DNA of 64,000 nt from an uncultured Thermodesulfobacteriota bacterium (GCA_964577975.1 CAZOBB010000199.1:7325-71324), one strand, 5' to 3'. Positions 48,087-57,690 are shown, counted from the first letter of the stretch. A program made the numbers and translations. Notes: generated by a model from the letters alone, not told the origin.

Positions 48087-49142
48087 CTACTTTTCCAACA
48101 CGGGCCAATATACTTTATAGACAGACTTTACTCTCTGAATAGTCGGGGCAGCTTTCTTGAAGGCCTGATTCTCTTTTTCCTCTTCTTCCTTAGGATCAAA
48201 GGGAAGGTTGTCTTGAAGCGTGTGGAGAATTTTTACAACAGCCCGAGCCTCACCCTCTACATTATATCCCCCTTCCAACGTAAAAACAAGTCTTCCTCCA
48301 CATACCCTCTTGGCAAGTTCAAGAAGAATTTGAGCCAGTCGTGCAAATCCCGTCTCCGTCACGTTCATCCCACCAAGGGGATCTCCTTCATGAATATCAA
48401 AGCCCGCAGAAACGAGAATCATGTCCGGCTTGAACGATTCCGCAATGGGAACAAGAATGTGCCGAAAGAAATTGGCAAACTCTTCATTTCCATTACCCGT
48501 ACTTAAGGGAATATTAACCGTATATCCCTCTCCCTCCCCCTCACCCACTTCTTGAAGGCTTCCGGTCCCCGGATAATAAGGATATTGATGGGTAGAAAAG
48601 TAAAGGACTCGGGGATCACTGTAGAACGTGTGTTGGGTGCCGTTCCCATGATGAAGATCCCAGTCCACAATCAAAACTTTTGAAAGTTCCTTATCCTCCA
48701 ACGCATGTTTCGCTGCAATGGCGACATTATTAAACAGACAAAATCCCATTGCTCGATCATCTTCCGCATGATGTCCCGGTGGACGTACAAGTGCGAAAGC
48801 TTGATCAACTTTTTCCTCGAGAACCCAATCCACCGCCTCCATCAGGCCTCCCGCGGCCATCAACGCGGCATCATACGACTTTGGTGATGTCGAGGTATCC
48901 GGATCGAGCCGTACGTTTTTGCCCGACGTTGACGAAATCTGATGAATGTATGAGAGAGAATGAACACGCTGAAGTTCTTTAGTCAAAGCTGGTCGCGGAG
49001 GAATTTCTATCAAAGGTTCTCGGAATTCGGTTTTGGCAATCTCCCTCTCAATGGCCAGGAGCCTCTCAGGCGATTCTGGATGATAGATCCCCATATCATG
49101 TTCCCTGTATATGGGATGCCGAACAATTCCAATACGTGCCAT
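48087..49142 (-). CDS. Histone deacetylase-family (AcuC/acetylpolyamine amidohydrolase-like) protein
   Basis: Arginase/deacetylase motifs (RPPGHHA, DWDLHHGNGTQ, GGYN). 351 aa. Confidence 0.8.
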   Translation of the reverse strand: MARIGIVRHPIYREHDMGIYHPESPERLLAIEREIAKTEFREPLIEIPPRPALTKELQRVHSLSYIHQISSTSGKNVRLDPDTSTSPKSYDAALMAAGGLMEAVDWVLEEKVDQAFALVRPPGHHAEDDRAMGFCLFNNVAIAAKHALEDKELSKVLIVDWDLHHGNGTQHTFYSDPRVLYFSTHQYPYYPGTGSLQEVGEGEGEGYTVNIPLSTGNGNEEFANFFRHILVPIAESFKPDMILVSAGFDIHEGDPLGGMNVTETGFARLAQILLELAKRVCGGRLVFTLEGGYNVEGEARAVVKILHTLQDNLPFDPKEEEEKENQAFKKAAPTIQRVKSVYKVYWPVLEK

Positions 49143-50413
49143 TATCTCTTCCTCTCTTTACTTGCTTTTAGATAGGTTCGTAATACTTCAAGGCGTACTG
49201 CAGCCTCCTTACGCTTCCTCTCATCTATACCATCGGATATTTTGAGAAAAGTTTCAAGGCATTTTATCGCATTGCGAATATCTCCCCTCGCCTCATAGAC
49301 GCCCGACAAATTAAAATAAGCCTCCGGCCTTTCTTTTTGGAGCCTGACCGCCGTTTCAAACTCCCTTTGCGCAACGGAGAGATTCCCTATCTTAGCATAG
49401 GCAATTCCTAAATTGACATGCGTTGTATACCGATAAGGAGCAACTTTTAGAGACCGTAAGAAATATCGTATAGCCTTTGTGTTGTCCCCCTCCGCCAAAT
49501 AAACCATTCCCATTCTGTTCAAATTTTCGGCACTCGAAGGTGCTTTCACAACGGCTTTACGAAGCAATTCCTCCGCCCTCTTCAAATTCCCTCTTTTCAG
49601 GTAAAGCTCCCCCAAAAACCCGAGTAGACTGGCAGTCGGTTCGGCATAAACCATGGATCTTTCCAAGGCCTCAATCGCCTTTTCTAGGTTTCCCTCTTTA
49701 TAAAAAGCAAGACCTTCCTGGATAGCTTTCTTTGCCAATTGAACGGATAGATCCTTACGCTTAGGTGGGGGAAGGGGGGTCCCTCTCTGCTGGTTTCTCA
49801 CTTTTTTTAGACGAGCCCTCTTACTTATCGAATGGGAAGTTCCAGAAGATCCCTTTTTCCTCCTTTTAGAACAACTTGCAGCATTGTCTTGTGATTTTTT
49901 GGCAATCCTCGTCGGCACTTGAAACTTCTGCGCCTGATTCCGGGCAGAGAGGTTTGATTTTCTTCCTGGGCTTGAAATGGCTTCCAAGCTTTTTCCCTTC
50001 TTTTCTCGATTCTGCCCCCCTATTGATGACATTTCAGAATGATACAACGAGAGATGGGAAATCCTTTTTTCTTTTTCCCCATTCTCTTTTGCCTTCTCCT
50101 TATTCGACACACTCACACGCGGATGGGCCTCCGCCCCCCAAGATTGGGTAGACTGGACAAGATTCGAACCGGCTTTTTCAATGCTTATAGGATGCGCGCC
50201 AGGATGTCTATACCGCATCCACCAATATGCCATCCATGCCATCGATCCAATTATGCACACAATCGATAAAATCAGAATAGCGTTTTTCACACCCTTTCTT
50301 TCGCGATTTTCACTCGATGTAGAAAGGATTGGAGAAAGAGAAGAAGGCACTTTTCGTTCTGGACCTTCTTTTTCCCTCTCCGCTTTATCAAGCGCTTCTT
50401 CAATGAGGCTCAC
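49142..50413 (-). CDS. MshN-like TPR protein (pilus biogenesis)
   Basis: N-terminal MSLIEEALDKAE resembles MshN. One TM helix, a basic low-complexity middle, and C-terminal TPR repeats. Sits last in the mshI-N-like gene order. Confidence 0.6.
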   Translation of the reverse strand: MSLIEEALDKAEREKEGPERKVPSSLSPILSTSSENRERKGVKNAILILSIVCIIGSMAWMAYWWMRYRHPGAHPISIEKAGSNLVQSTQSWGAEAHPRVSVSNKEKAKENGEKEKRISHLSLYHSEMSSIGGQNREKKGKSLEAISSPGRKSNLSARNQAQKFQVPTRIAKKSQDNAASCSKRRKKGSSGTSHSISKRARLKKVRNQQRGTPLPPPKRKDLSVQLAKKAIQEGLAFYKEGNLEKAIEALERSMVYAEPTASLLGFLGELYLKRGNLKRAEELLRKAVVKAPSSAENLNRMGMVYLAEGDNTKAIRYFLRSLKVAPYRYTTHVNLGIAYAKIGNLSVAQREFETAVRLQKERPEAYFNLSGVYEARGDIRNAIKCLETFLKISDGIDERKRKEAAVRLEVLRTYLKASKERKR

Positions 50414-51407
50414 GAAAGATTTCCCCTCCCATGGGTTGCGTGGTTAATACGACCTTTCCTGGTTTGATGCTAAACTTTTTTGTAAAAGGGAGAGGCCGTC
50501 GTATCGACTGAAGTCCAAAATAGACCATGCCTCCTATAAACATTCCACCGAGCATTGTCACCCCAACCCACCGAAGCATGCGCACGGGAAAAGGGGTATG
50601 AGGAAAAATCGTCCTATACCCCTTCTTCACCATTCGACTCGTGATCCTCCGTTGTTGAGCCACATAACCTGCCAAAAGTGCCCGGTCACATAGTTGATTG
50701 ATGACCCTCGGAACACCCTTTGAAAGCTTATGAACAGCCTTGACTGCGGAACGCTCAAAACGAACGGATGAAGAGGGACCAGCAATTACTAACCGGTGAT
50801 GGATATACTCCTCTGTCTCTTCCAAGTTGAGAGGGGACAAACGATACCGAACCGTTATCCTCTGATTGAGCTGACGAAGGTCATGCCGAGACAATTTCAC
50901 TTCCAGCTCCGGCTGGCCTACCAGGACGATCTGAAGGAGTTTTTCCCTTGTTGTCTCAAGGTTTGAGAGCAAACGAATATTCTCGAGCACCTCAACACTG
51001 AGATCCTGCGCCTCATCTATCACTAATACCGTTTTCAACCCTTGCTTATAAAAGGAAAGGAGTACTTCATTGAGAAAAGCAACAAGCTCCCTCTTCGTTT
51101 TTCCAAGAGGAATGGCAACGTGAAATTCCTCTAGAATATTCTTTAAAAAATCCTTTACCGAAAGGATGGGGTTGAAAATGTACGCGGTTTTATAGCCTTC
51201 TTTGAGTTCCCCCAAGAGGGTTCTGCACAAAGTCGTCTTTCCTGTTCCCACGTCCCCTGTTATGAGGATAAAGCCCTCCCGCTGTTCAATACCAAATTTG
51301 AGATGATTCAGGGCCTCCCGATGGGAGTTGCTCAAATAGAGATAGGCGGGATTGGGAGTTAACCCGAAAGGCTTCTCCTTGAAATGATAATAGTCCGTGT
51401 ACATCAA
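50400..51407 (-). CDS. ExeA/MshM-like AAA ATPase
   Basis: N-terminal FGLTPNPAYLYLSNSHREAL and Walker A GDVGTGKTT, typical of ExeA/GspA/MshM. Confidence 0.8.
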   Translation of the reverse strand: MMYTDYYHFKEKPFGLTPNPAYLYLSNSHREALNHLKFGIEQREGFILITGDVGTGKTTLCRTLLGELKEGYKTAYIFNPILSVKDFLKNILEEFHVAIPLGKTKRELVAFLNEVLLSFYKQGLKTVLVIDEAQDLSVEVLENIRLLSNLETTREKLLQIVLVGQPELEVKLSRHDLRQLNQRITVRYRLSPLNLEETEEYIHHRLVIAGPSSSVRFERSAVKAVHKLSKGVPRVINQLCDRALLAGYVAQQRRITSRMVKKGYRTIFPHTPFPVRMLRWVGVTMLGGMFIGGMVYFGLQSIRRPLPFTKKFSIKPGKVVLTTQPMGGEIFREPH

Positions 51408-53047
51408 AACCCCCTAAAAGGTTTTAGATCCTTCACTTCTCCTTTTATGCCATACCTCCAAGGCCTCCCCCCCACTTTGAATCCCCTTTCATCATACGTA
51501 CCGTAAAGCCGTCTTCTGTCCTTCGCAGAGATACTTCTGATAAGGGAGGGAGTCAAAATCGTAGGTCTCAACAAGATAACCAACTCCGTCTTCCTTGCCT
51601 GTTGCTTCGTATGCCTAAAGAATGTTCCGAGCAGAGGAATATCTCCAAGAAGCGGGACCTGCTCCACCTGTTCATCCGTCTTGGTCCGCATCAATCCCGC
51701 AATCACGATGGTTTGTCCGCTTTTCACCTTGACGATCGTGCTTGTTTCCCGAATATCCATGATAGGGGCGGTATCCCCAAAACGCGACTGGGATTCTCCA
51801 ACCTTCTCCGTGACAGTGGGCTGAATACTCATGATCACGTTTCCCTTGTCATCAATCTGAGGCGTCACGGAAAGGACAACTCCCTCTGTCACTGTTTGAG
51901 CCGATGCCGTCTCCGTTCTGATTCCCGTTTCCAGATCCGTATCCACCGTCACCTGCCAAAAGACGTCATCCCTTCCCATTTTGATAATGGCCTTCTGGTT
52001 GTTTAGAGTGGAAATCCTTGGCTTGGAAAGAACGTTGATGTCTCCTTGGGTTCCCAAGGCATCAATGAGGGCAGAGAACTTATTGTTGGATATACCGATC
52101 TGAAATTTCGCGTTATCCGGGCTGAGCATCTGCACCACCGAAGCAGTTCCAGACAGTGTCCCATGATACCCATTCGGTAGCAATGCACGCACACTATTCC
52201 AATTGATTCCCATCTCATATTCATCCTTAAGGTAGACCTCCAAGATCTCTGCTTCGATCATGACCTCGCGGTGCAAAATCATCTGTAACGAGTTAAGATA
52301 ATTGGATATCTGCTCTAATTGATACGGATAATCGACCACATATAGGGTACTTGATGCCTTATTGATCACCAGTTTACCTTCGGAGGAAAGAAGCTCTTTC
52401 ACACCCGCCTCCAATTCATCCCATAATTTGAATTCCTCTTTCGTATCGATGGTCGATTCACTGTTGCTACTACCGCTTCCACCGGTGCCTCCGGTCCCTC
52501 CACCCGTGCCTCCGGTTCCCGAAGAATTGGTATTGTCCGATCCTGTAGACGCAGACAGCGTCGCCGTTCCCTCCCGATCGCTGATCACGTAATTAAAAAC
52601 AAACAAACGTCCTACCGGCTTCTGTTTAAAAACCTTCACAAACCGGCCTTCTTCAACTTCATATCCAAGGTGAAGAGGGGGCAAGATAAGATCCAAAATC
52701 TCCTCAAAAGTGAGTTGTTTAATATCGACCGTGATAGTTCCCGAAACGTCCGGCTCAATCACGATATTCTTGTCCTCCTTCTTCGCAAACGCGAGAAGCA
52801 CTTCCCGAATATCGGCGTTTCGAAGGGAAAGGGTATACAACTTCTTTCCCTTTTTGGGTATCAAAGCCTCCGGAGCAGGAGGGGCCGTATCAAAGGCAGG
52901 AAGGGAAGGGAGGGGAGCTGCTTCTTCCCTCATCCCCTCTCGATGTGACACAGGGGCTTTTCCTTCTCGAACCGTCGTTTGGGCGCATCCTCCCAGGAAA
53001 ACTATTCCCAAACACAGCATAGAGACACGTAACACCAATTTCTTCAT
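51404..53047 (-). CDS. Secretin (MshL/PilQ/GspD family)
   Basis: Signal peptide, N domains, a Gly/Thr-rich linker, and a C-terminal secretin domain (VLSKPRISTLNNQKAII ... VPLLGDIPLLGTFF). Confidence 0.85.
   Translation of the reverse strand: MKKLVLRVSMLCLGIVFLGGCAQTTVREGKAPVSHREGMREEAAPLPSLPAFDTAPPAPEALIPKKGKKLYTLSLRNADIREVLLAFAKKEDKNIVIEPDVSGTITVDIKQLTFEEILDLILPPLHLGYEVEEGRFVKVFKQKPVGRLFVFNYVISDREGTATLSASTGSDNTNSSGTGGTGGGTGGTGGSGSSNSESTIDTKEEFKLWDELEAGVKELLSSEGKLVINKASSTLYVVDYPYQLEQISNYLNSLQMILHREVMIEAEILEVYLKDEYEMGINWNSVRALLPNGYHGTLSGTASVVQMLSPDNAKFQIGISNNKFSALIDALGTQGDINVLSKPRISTLNNQKAIIKMGRDDVFWQVTVDTDLETGIRTETASAQTVTEGVVLSVTPQIDDKGNVIMSIQPTVTEKVGESQSRFGDTAPIMDIRETSTIVKVKSGQTIVIAGLMRTKTDEQVEQVPLLGDIPLLGTFFRHTKQQARKTELVILLRPTILTPSLIRSISAKDRRRLYGTYDERGFKVGGRPWRYGIKGEVKDLKPFRGF
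52470..52545. repeat. Gly/Thr/Ser-rich linker repeat inside the secretin gene
   Basis: Encodes SSGTGGTGGGTGGTGGSGSSNS. The DNA shows repeated ggtgcctccggt-like units. Confidence 0.6.
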
Positions 53048-53655
53048 TTTTTCTTCTCCCCTAAGACTCGTTGAGCACTCTCACTCACGACCTCTTGGGC
53101 TATTAAAGATAACTTCGGCTGTGGTAAAGGAACCCAGCGACGCTGATTTGAAACCAACACCCATACGGCAGAAGGCAAGACCTTCAAAAGTTTTACTTCT
53201 CCCATGGCCTCGCCTTCCGTCATGACATGGTTGTTAAGAATAGCCATCTTTTCTCCAGATACCGTTATGATGCCCGAAAGGGAAACATATACCTCTTCCT
53301 TCTTTTCCTTTCCCTGAACCCTTTTTTTCGACTTCAAATGCGTCAACTGTGCGATTTCCGATGAGTCAAAAAAAGGGTTTCTTCCCCATCCATGAAGGTT
53401 TAATTCTCTCTTTCTTCCGCTTTTTTTAATCTGTAAACCTTTTTCCTCTCTTTCACCAAAAGGAACCTTTTCCTTCACCTCTTCCCTTTCAGCGGTTTGA
53501 ATCTTTTTTCCCTCACTCGTAGGAGGGGGCGACGTTGCCGCCACGGTGGTTGCACGTTGAGGATGCATACGTCGATAGAAAAAACGAACGTTATATCCTA
53601 TCGCCGCGACCAGCAGCAAAAGAATCACCGCTAGCACCCCTTTATTCTTCAACAT
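53044..53655 (-). CDS. MshK/PilP-like pilus assembly lipoprotein/membrane protein
   Basis: N-terminal TM, an RNPF motif (WGRNPFFD) characteristic of PilP/MshK/GspC HR domains, and a C-terminal beta-rich domain. Confidence 0.55.
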   Translation of the reverse strand: MLKNKGVLAVILLLLVAAIGYNVRFFYRRMHPQRATTVAATSPPPTSEGKKIQTAEREEVKEKVPFGEREEKGLQIKKSGRKRELNLHGWGRNPFFDSSEIAQLTHLKSKKRVQGKEKKEEVYVSLSGIITVSGEKMAILNNHVMTEGEAMGEVKLLKVLPSAVWVLVSNQRRWVPLPQPKLSLIAQEVVSESAQRVLGEKKK

Positions 53656-54280
53656 TCAGCTTTCCCCCATAATAGAAACGGATCTTCACCTCCGTGCGAA
53701 TAAAAGGAAAGTCTTTTTTCAACACCACATCATCCAATACGAGAAAGTATCGCGGGATATTCGAAAGTGCATCAAGATAAGCCAAGCTATCTTTGAGTGA
53801 AGAGAGATAACTCATCTTCATGACGAAATAATGCAGCCGAAACGCCTTGAAAAAGTCACTCTTCTTTGAGACACTTTTTTTTACTCTACTCGCGATGCGA
53901 GAAGGTCCCATTACCTTTTCCTGAGACGAAGGCGTTTTTATGCTCACATCCATAAGGTGGTTCTCGACTGCCTTCTCCGCCAAAAGCCTAGCCGCCCCGA
54001 GGAGATCCTTTTCCGAAGGGATGCGGCGTCGGAGCTTTACCGACAGGGTTCTCCAGCTTGCGAGCTCTTCTGATGTCACTTTCTTGAAACTCAGAATTTC
54101 CTTCCTATAAGTCTCATTTATCTTCGCTAATTGCGAGATTTCTTTTTTGTACGCCTCGATCCGCTGAAACCTTGGATGAAAATCCAATAGGTAAAACAAT
54201 CCCACAAGCACGACGATTCCAGTTCCCAACGTACCTGCCTTTACCCACAGAGGCCAGGAATCGAACCAGTCGGATTTCAT
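53642..54280 (-). CDS. MshJ/PilO-like pilus assembly protein
   Basis: N-terminal TM, coiled coil (QRIEAYKKEISQLAKINETYRKEI) and a ferredoxin-like C-terminal region. Position fits mshJ/pilO. Confidence 0.6.
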   Translation of the reverse strand: MKSDWFDSWPLWVKAGTLGTGIVVLVGLFYLLDFHPRFQRIEAYKKEISQLAKINETYRKEILSFKKVTSEELASWRTLSVKLRRRIPSEKDLLGAARLLAEKAVENHLMDVSIKTPSSQEKVMGPSRIASRVKKSVSKKSDFFKAFRLHYFVMKMSYLSSLKDSLAYLDALSNIPRYFLVLDDVVLKKDFPFIRTEVKIRFYYGGKLNVEE

Positions 54281-55905
54281 CGAACATCTCCTGCCGGGAG
54301 GGAAGCCTCAAGTAGTCCTCGCAGTTGAAATCCCATCATGGCTCCCTTCGCCTGAACATCTTCTATCTTACTCTCCAGTGACGTCGCCACATCTTTCACC
54401 TTTTCCGCCTCCGCCTGGATTTCCCTACTGAGACGTACAGGAGAAATCTCCGGGGGAGAAAATTCCCCTTCTTTCACAAATGGAGAAGAGAATAACGCCT
54501 CGACGAAGGTCTCGTACGTTTTCTGAGCGGACTTCACAGACCCTTCACGGACGGAGCCACGGAATTCAAAACGATATTGTCTTGTATAAGGATCATCCAA
54601 CGAGAAAGTCGTTTGCTCAAGTACAGCCCCAACAGGGATGACATGGCTGATATCCTGAAAAAAGGGGGTCCAAAAAGGTTTTTCTCTCAGCACGTGGGAG
54701 GAAAACGAGAAAAGCTGTTTAAATCTTTCGCGATTCCTTTTCTGTTTTCTGATTTCTTCCACAATGGTCCTCATTCGACGATTCGTCGATCTCTGCACAG
54801 CCACCGTCTCCTCAAGAATCCTTTCTTGACCCGACAACGTAAAATGAGCCACTCCCACGCCTCCCAAAAGACACACGATGGATACTGTCATGGCAAGACG
54901 CCCCCAAAAAATCTTGCCCTTTTCCAGAACCGTTACCGGCACTAGATTGGCAATCTCACCCGGTGCCGCCCTTAGGAGACCAATAGGGACCGCATATCTT
55001 GCCAGCTCATCGGCCGGCACTTCTCCCGCATCAAAGAGAATTCCTCCTTCTTTTTCCCCCTGAAAGAGCTGGGCCTCTATCCCTAATTCCTCTTTCAAAA
55101 AATGCTTCAACTCGCCAACATACTGCACATCGCCACTCAGAATCACCTTTTCCACCATGAGGCCGTGCGAGTGCTGTTTATAGAAAAGGAACGATCGGTT
55201 TGTCTCTTGGGCAATCCGATAGGCAACAGCGGAAAAATCCTCTTCCTCGTCTTCCTTGAAAACTCCTTCTTCACTACCCAACACAATAGGCTTCGCCCTC
55301 AAAGAAAAACTCCGGGCAAAGGCCAACTGTCCCTTATTAAAAATGGTAATAAGACCTGTTGTTCCTTCGATATGTAAACTTGCACATATATCGGTTTCGA
55401 AAGAAGGAAGAAAATGGCGCAAGGCCGCTTTCAGGGCAAAGGGACAACTGGTTATAACCCGGATCTTTTTCCCTGCCTTATGGACTTCCGAAACATGGGC
55501 CAAAACTGTGTCTTTAGCCGCACTTACTACGGCATATTCACGATTCCCGCTTCCCTTCTCCGGAATTGTGAAATCGAAAAAGACGGAATTGATAACCACT
55601 GTCCCAAGCTGCGAAAGTTCTCTTCGGACAATCTCCACCGCGTTCTTTTTTTTAAGAGGTGGCAGGAGAAAGAAATGATGTTTGACGTGGGTGAGAGGCA
55701 AGGCCAAACAGACATAGCGGTTCCTGCACCTTCGAAGCGTCGTTCCCAGCACCGCCATCCTTTCCTCTTCCCTCTCCGATGGAAAAGGATGCGATTCCAA
55801 ACGCGTGATAAGGAGTGAGCTCTCCGTACGCCTCCCTTCCGCCACATTTAATCCCGAATCGGTTATCTGGATACCTACGACCGGCTGGGCGCGGAATGAC
55901 ATCAT
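54277..55905 (-). CDS. MshI-like PilM-PilN fusion protein
   Basis: The N-terminal roughly 330 aa is an actin-like ATPase (PilM-like). It is followed by a TM helix (LAMTVSIVCLLGGVGVAHFTL) and a PilN-like periplasmic region. 542 aa. Confidence 0.7.
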   Translation of the reverse strand: MMSFRAQPVVGIQITDSGLNVAEGRRTESSLLITRLESHPFPSEREEERMAVLGTTLRRCRNRYVCLALPLTHVKHHFFLLPPLKKKNAVEIVRRELSQLGTVVINSVFFDFTIPEKGSGNREYAVVSAAKDTVLAHVSEVHKAGKKIRVITSCPFALKAALRHFLPSFETDICASLHIEGTTGLITIFNKGQLAFARSFSLRAKPIVLGSEEGVFKEDEEEDFSAVAYRIAQETNRSFLFYKQHSHGLMVEKVILSGDVQYVGELKHFLKEELGIEAQLFQGEKEGGILFDAGEVPADELARYAVPIGLLRAAPGEIANLVPVTVLEKGKIFWGRLAMTVSIVCLLGGVGVAHFTLSGQERILEETVAVQRSTNRRMRTIVEEIRKQKRNRERFKQLFSFSSHVLREKPFWTPFFQDISHVIPVGAVLEQTTFSLDDPYTRQYRFEFRGSVREGSVKSAQKTYETFVEALFSSPFVKEGEFSPPEISPVRLSREIQAEAEKVKDVATSLESKIEDVQAKGAMMGFQLRGLLEASLPAGDVR

Positions 55906-56147
55906 CCCTGCCCCTCCCTTGAGGAATTAACTTTTCTCAACGCTTTTTCATACGCAACACGATAACGAAATCCATCCTTGAGGTAATTCCATATCCAATG
56001 AATCAATTGGACGTCAACCTCGCTAAACTCCCTGAAAGCTTTCTCTCCAACAACAACTTTCTTGGGAGTGATATACCCTTTTTGTTCGAGATAATAGAGT
56101 TTTTGTCTTGGAATACCTGTGCGCTTAAGGACGTCGGACGTATTCAT
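55902..56147 (-). CDS. Minimal MerR-family HTH protein (81 aa, no effector domain)
   Basis: VLKRTGIPRQKLYYLEQKGYI matches the MerR N-terminal HTH. Its stop overlaps the mshI-like start. It has its own promoter and the RBS AGGGAGG. Confidence 0.6.
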   Translation of the reverse strand: MNTSDVLKRTGIPRQKLYYLEQKGYITPKKVVVGEKAFREFSEVDVQLIHWIWNYLKDGFRYRVAYEKALRKVNSSREGQG

Positions 56148-56168
56148 ACCTTGACCTCCCTATGCGCA

Positions 56169-56196
56169 ATTATAAACTTAAATTTATATTTGTCAA
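56169..56196 (-). promoter_or_regulatory. Consensus sigma-70 promoter for the MerR-like gene and downstream mshI-N-like genes
   Basis: On the minus strand, TTGACA-N16-TATAAT (both hexamers perfect) sits within a 140-nt AT-rich island, with RBS AGGGAGG 7 nt before the ATG. Confidence 0.6.
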
Positions 56197-56249
56197 TAAA
56201 AAAATTATAATATTAGTATGTTCTAGCCATTAAATAGAAATATCATGAT

Positions 56250-56275
56250 GAAAAAATGATAATCTAGTAATATCA
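56250..56275 (-). terminator. Weak terminator-like hairpin after the last pilin gene
   Basis: On the minus-strand transcript, UGAUA-N9-UAUCA is followed by UUUUUUC, about 15 nt after the pilin stop. The stem is AU-only and weak. Confidence 0.25.
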
Positions 56276-56290
56276 CACAACATTTTTTGC

Positions 56291-57088
56291 TCAACGCAAT
56301 ATTAGCGTTACTTTTGATTGGCGGCCGTAAACAATGGAGGCCACAGTGGAACTTAAAACCTGGTTGCTTCCATCTAAGATCTGAACACAGTGTAATCCAT
56401 GATGCATATGATTGCCTTCGAAATTATGTGAACATCGATACCCATTCGCGCTACTACACGTTACAGGATAATCATCGTAATTTTCCACACCATTGTCAGA
56501 ATAAAACACCCTCATAGATGCCACTGAAGGTACATGGCTGGAACGATCATCCACGACTTCGACTAAAAGGGAACCATAGCACCGTATATTCGTCCCTTCG
56601 ATCGGATAAATCAAGTCATCTCCACTTCCGTTATCAAACGTCTTGTTGGGACCGCTCGATACAATTTTTGCATACTCTGAGTGTGTTGCGTCCGTTATAT
56701 AACGATATTCTTCACCCCAGGCATCTTTGAGGAGATTCTCACCATCGGGTGAATACGGGCCGCTCCAACCATATTGCACCCCTCCTGTATAAGTCCGGCT
56801 TTCAGGATACCCTCCCGACGAAGGATTGGCGATAAGCTCTCTCAAGTCTTTAGGGTAATGCCCAACATCCCCGACAAATCCATAAGTCCCATTCCTTGGA
56901 TCTCCGAAAAGGATATCATTAAAAATTTTCGACATCTCCTCACGCGCCGCCCTGATTTCCTGAACCTCCATAAACTTGATGGCCATCGGAACGGCAACCG
57001 CTGCAAGTGTAATCATGATGGCCAAAGCGGCCACCACTTCGATCAAGGTAAATCCATCCTTTGGGCGCACCCCCACTTTTCTAGCCAT
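56291..57088 (-). CDS. Type IV pilin / GspG-like pseudopilin paralog 1 (about 266 aa)
   Basis: Class III leader MARKVGVRPKDG followed by FTLIEVVAALAIMITLAAVAVP, with downstream GPY, DAWGEEY and SGPN motifs. Confidence 0.75.
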   Translation of the reverse strand: MARKVGVRPKDGFTLIEVVAALAIMITLAAVAVPMAIKFMEVQEIRAAREEMSKIFNDILFGDPRNGTYGFVGDVGHYPKDLRELIANPSSGGYPESRTYTGGVQYGWSGPYSPDGENLLKDAWGEEYRYITDATHSEYAKIVSSGPNKTFDNGSGDDLIYPIEGTNIRCYGSLLVEVVDDRSSHVPSVASMRVFYSDNGVENYDDYPVTCSSANGYRCSHNFEGNHMHHGLHCVQILDGSNQVLSSTVASIVYGRQSKVTLILR

Positions 57089-57099
57089 AACATTCACTC

Positions 57100-57681
57100 C
57101 TACTGAGGCCATCGGTATATCCATTTCCCAATGTCATCCCCATGCAGAGAGTTATCCGTATCGTCCGTTTCGAATTCCCCGTTGGGACCAGCCGAAAGGA
57201 TCCAACTATAATATGTATTTCCATCGGAGGGTTGAGTCATCGCCTTCGTCGACAGGACGTACATGTGTCCCCACGGATCCATGGGATCTTTATCTAAATA
57301 AGGACCATGCCATCCGATAAGGGAGGAGGCATCCCATGAAGGATAGCGATCATTTTCGTTAATACCAAAATGAAACCACATACGATCACGTGGCGCTGCA
57401 TACAAATCCTGTCCCCTTTCACCATTCCCCGCCCATGTATCACCGCTATATAAAACACTCACCCAGTTACGGACTCCATCACTCCTACGCGTAGGAAACT
57501 CTTTCGTATCACTTCTGAAATTCGTGGTTGCCGTGGCAATCGCGTTGATGTCCGACCATGCCCGTGTAATATCTGCTTTTTCCATTTGATTAATCGCGAT
57601 TGGAACCAACACCGCCACCACCACCGCTATAATGGCTACTGCTATGAGAATTTCAAGTAATGTAAAACCTCGACGATTCAT
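57100..57681 (-). CDS. Type IV pilin / GspG-like pseudopilin paralog 2 (193 aa)
   Basis: MNRRG followed by FTLLEILIAVAIIAVV, plus NQMEKADITRAWSDINAIATA, WHGPY, DPWGHMY and SAGPNG. Confidence 0.8.
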   Translation of the reverse strand: MNRRGFTLLEILIAVAIIAVVVAVLVPIAINQMEKADITRAWSDINAIATATTNFRSDTKEFPTRRSDGVRNWVSVLYSGDTWAGNGERGQDLYAAPRDRMWFHFGINENDRYPSWDASSLIGWHGPYLDKDPMDPWGHMYVLSTKAMTQPSDGNTYYSWILSAGPNGEFETDDTDNSLHGDDIGKWIYRWPQ

Positions 57682-57690
57682 GCTTTCTCC

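Noticed and set aside
56206-56216. Plus-strand TTATAAT in the AT-rich island
   Set aside because: There is no plus-strand gene downstream for more than 1 kb, and it is likely fortuitous in AT-rich DNA. The minus-strand consensus promoter explains the region.
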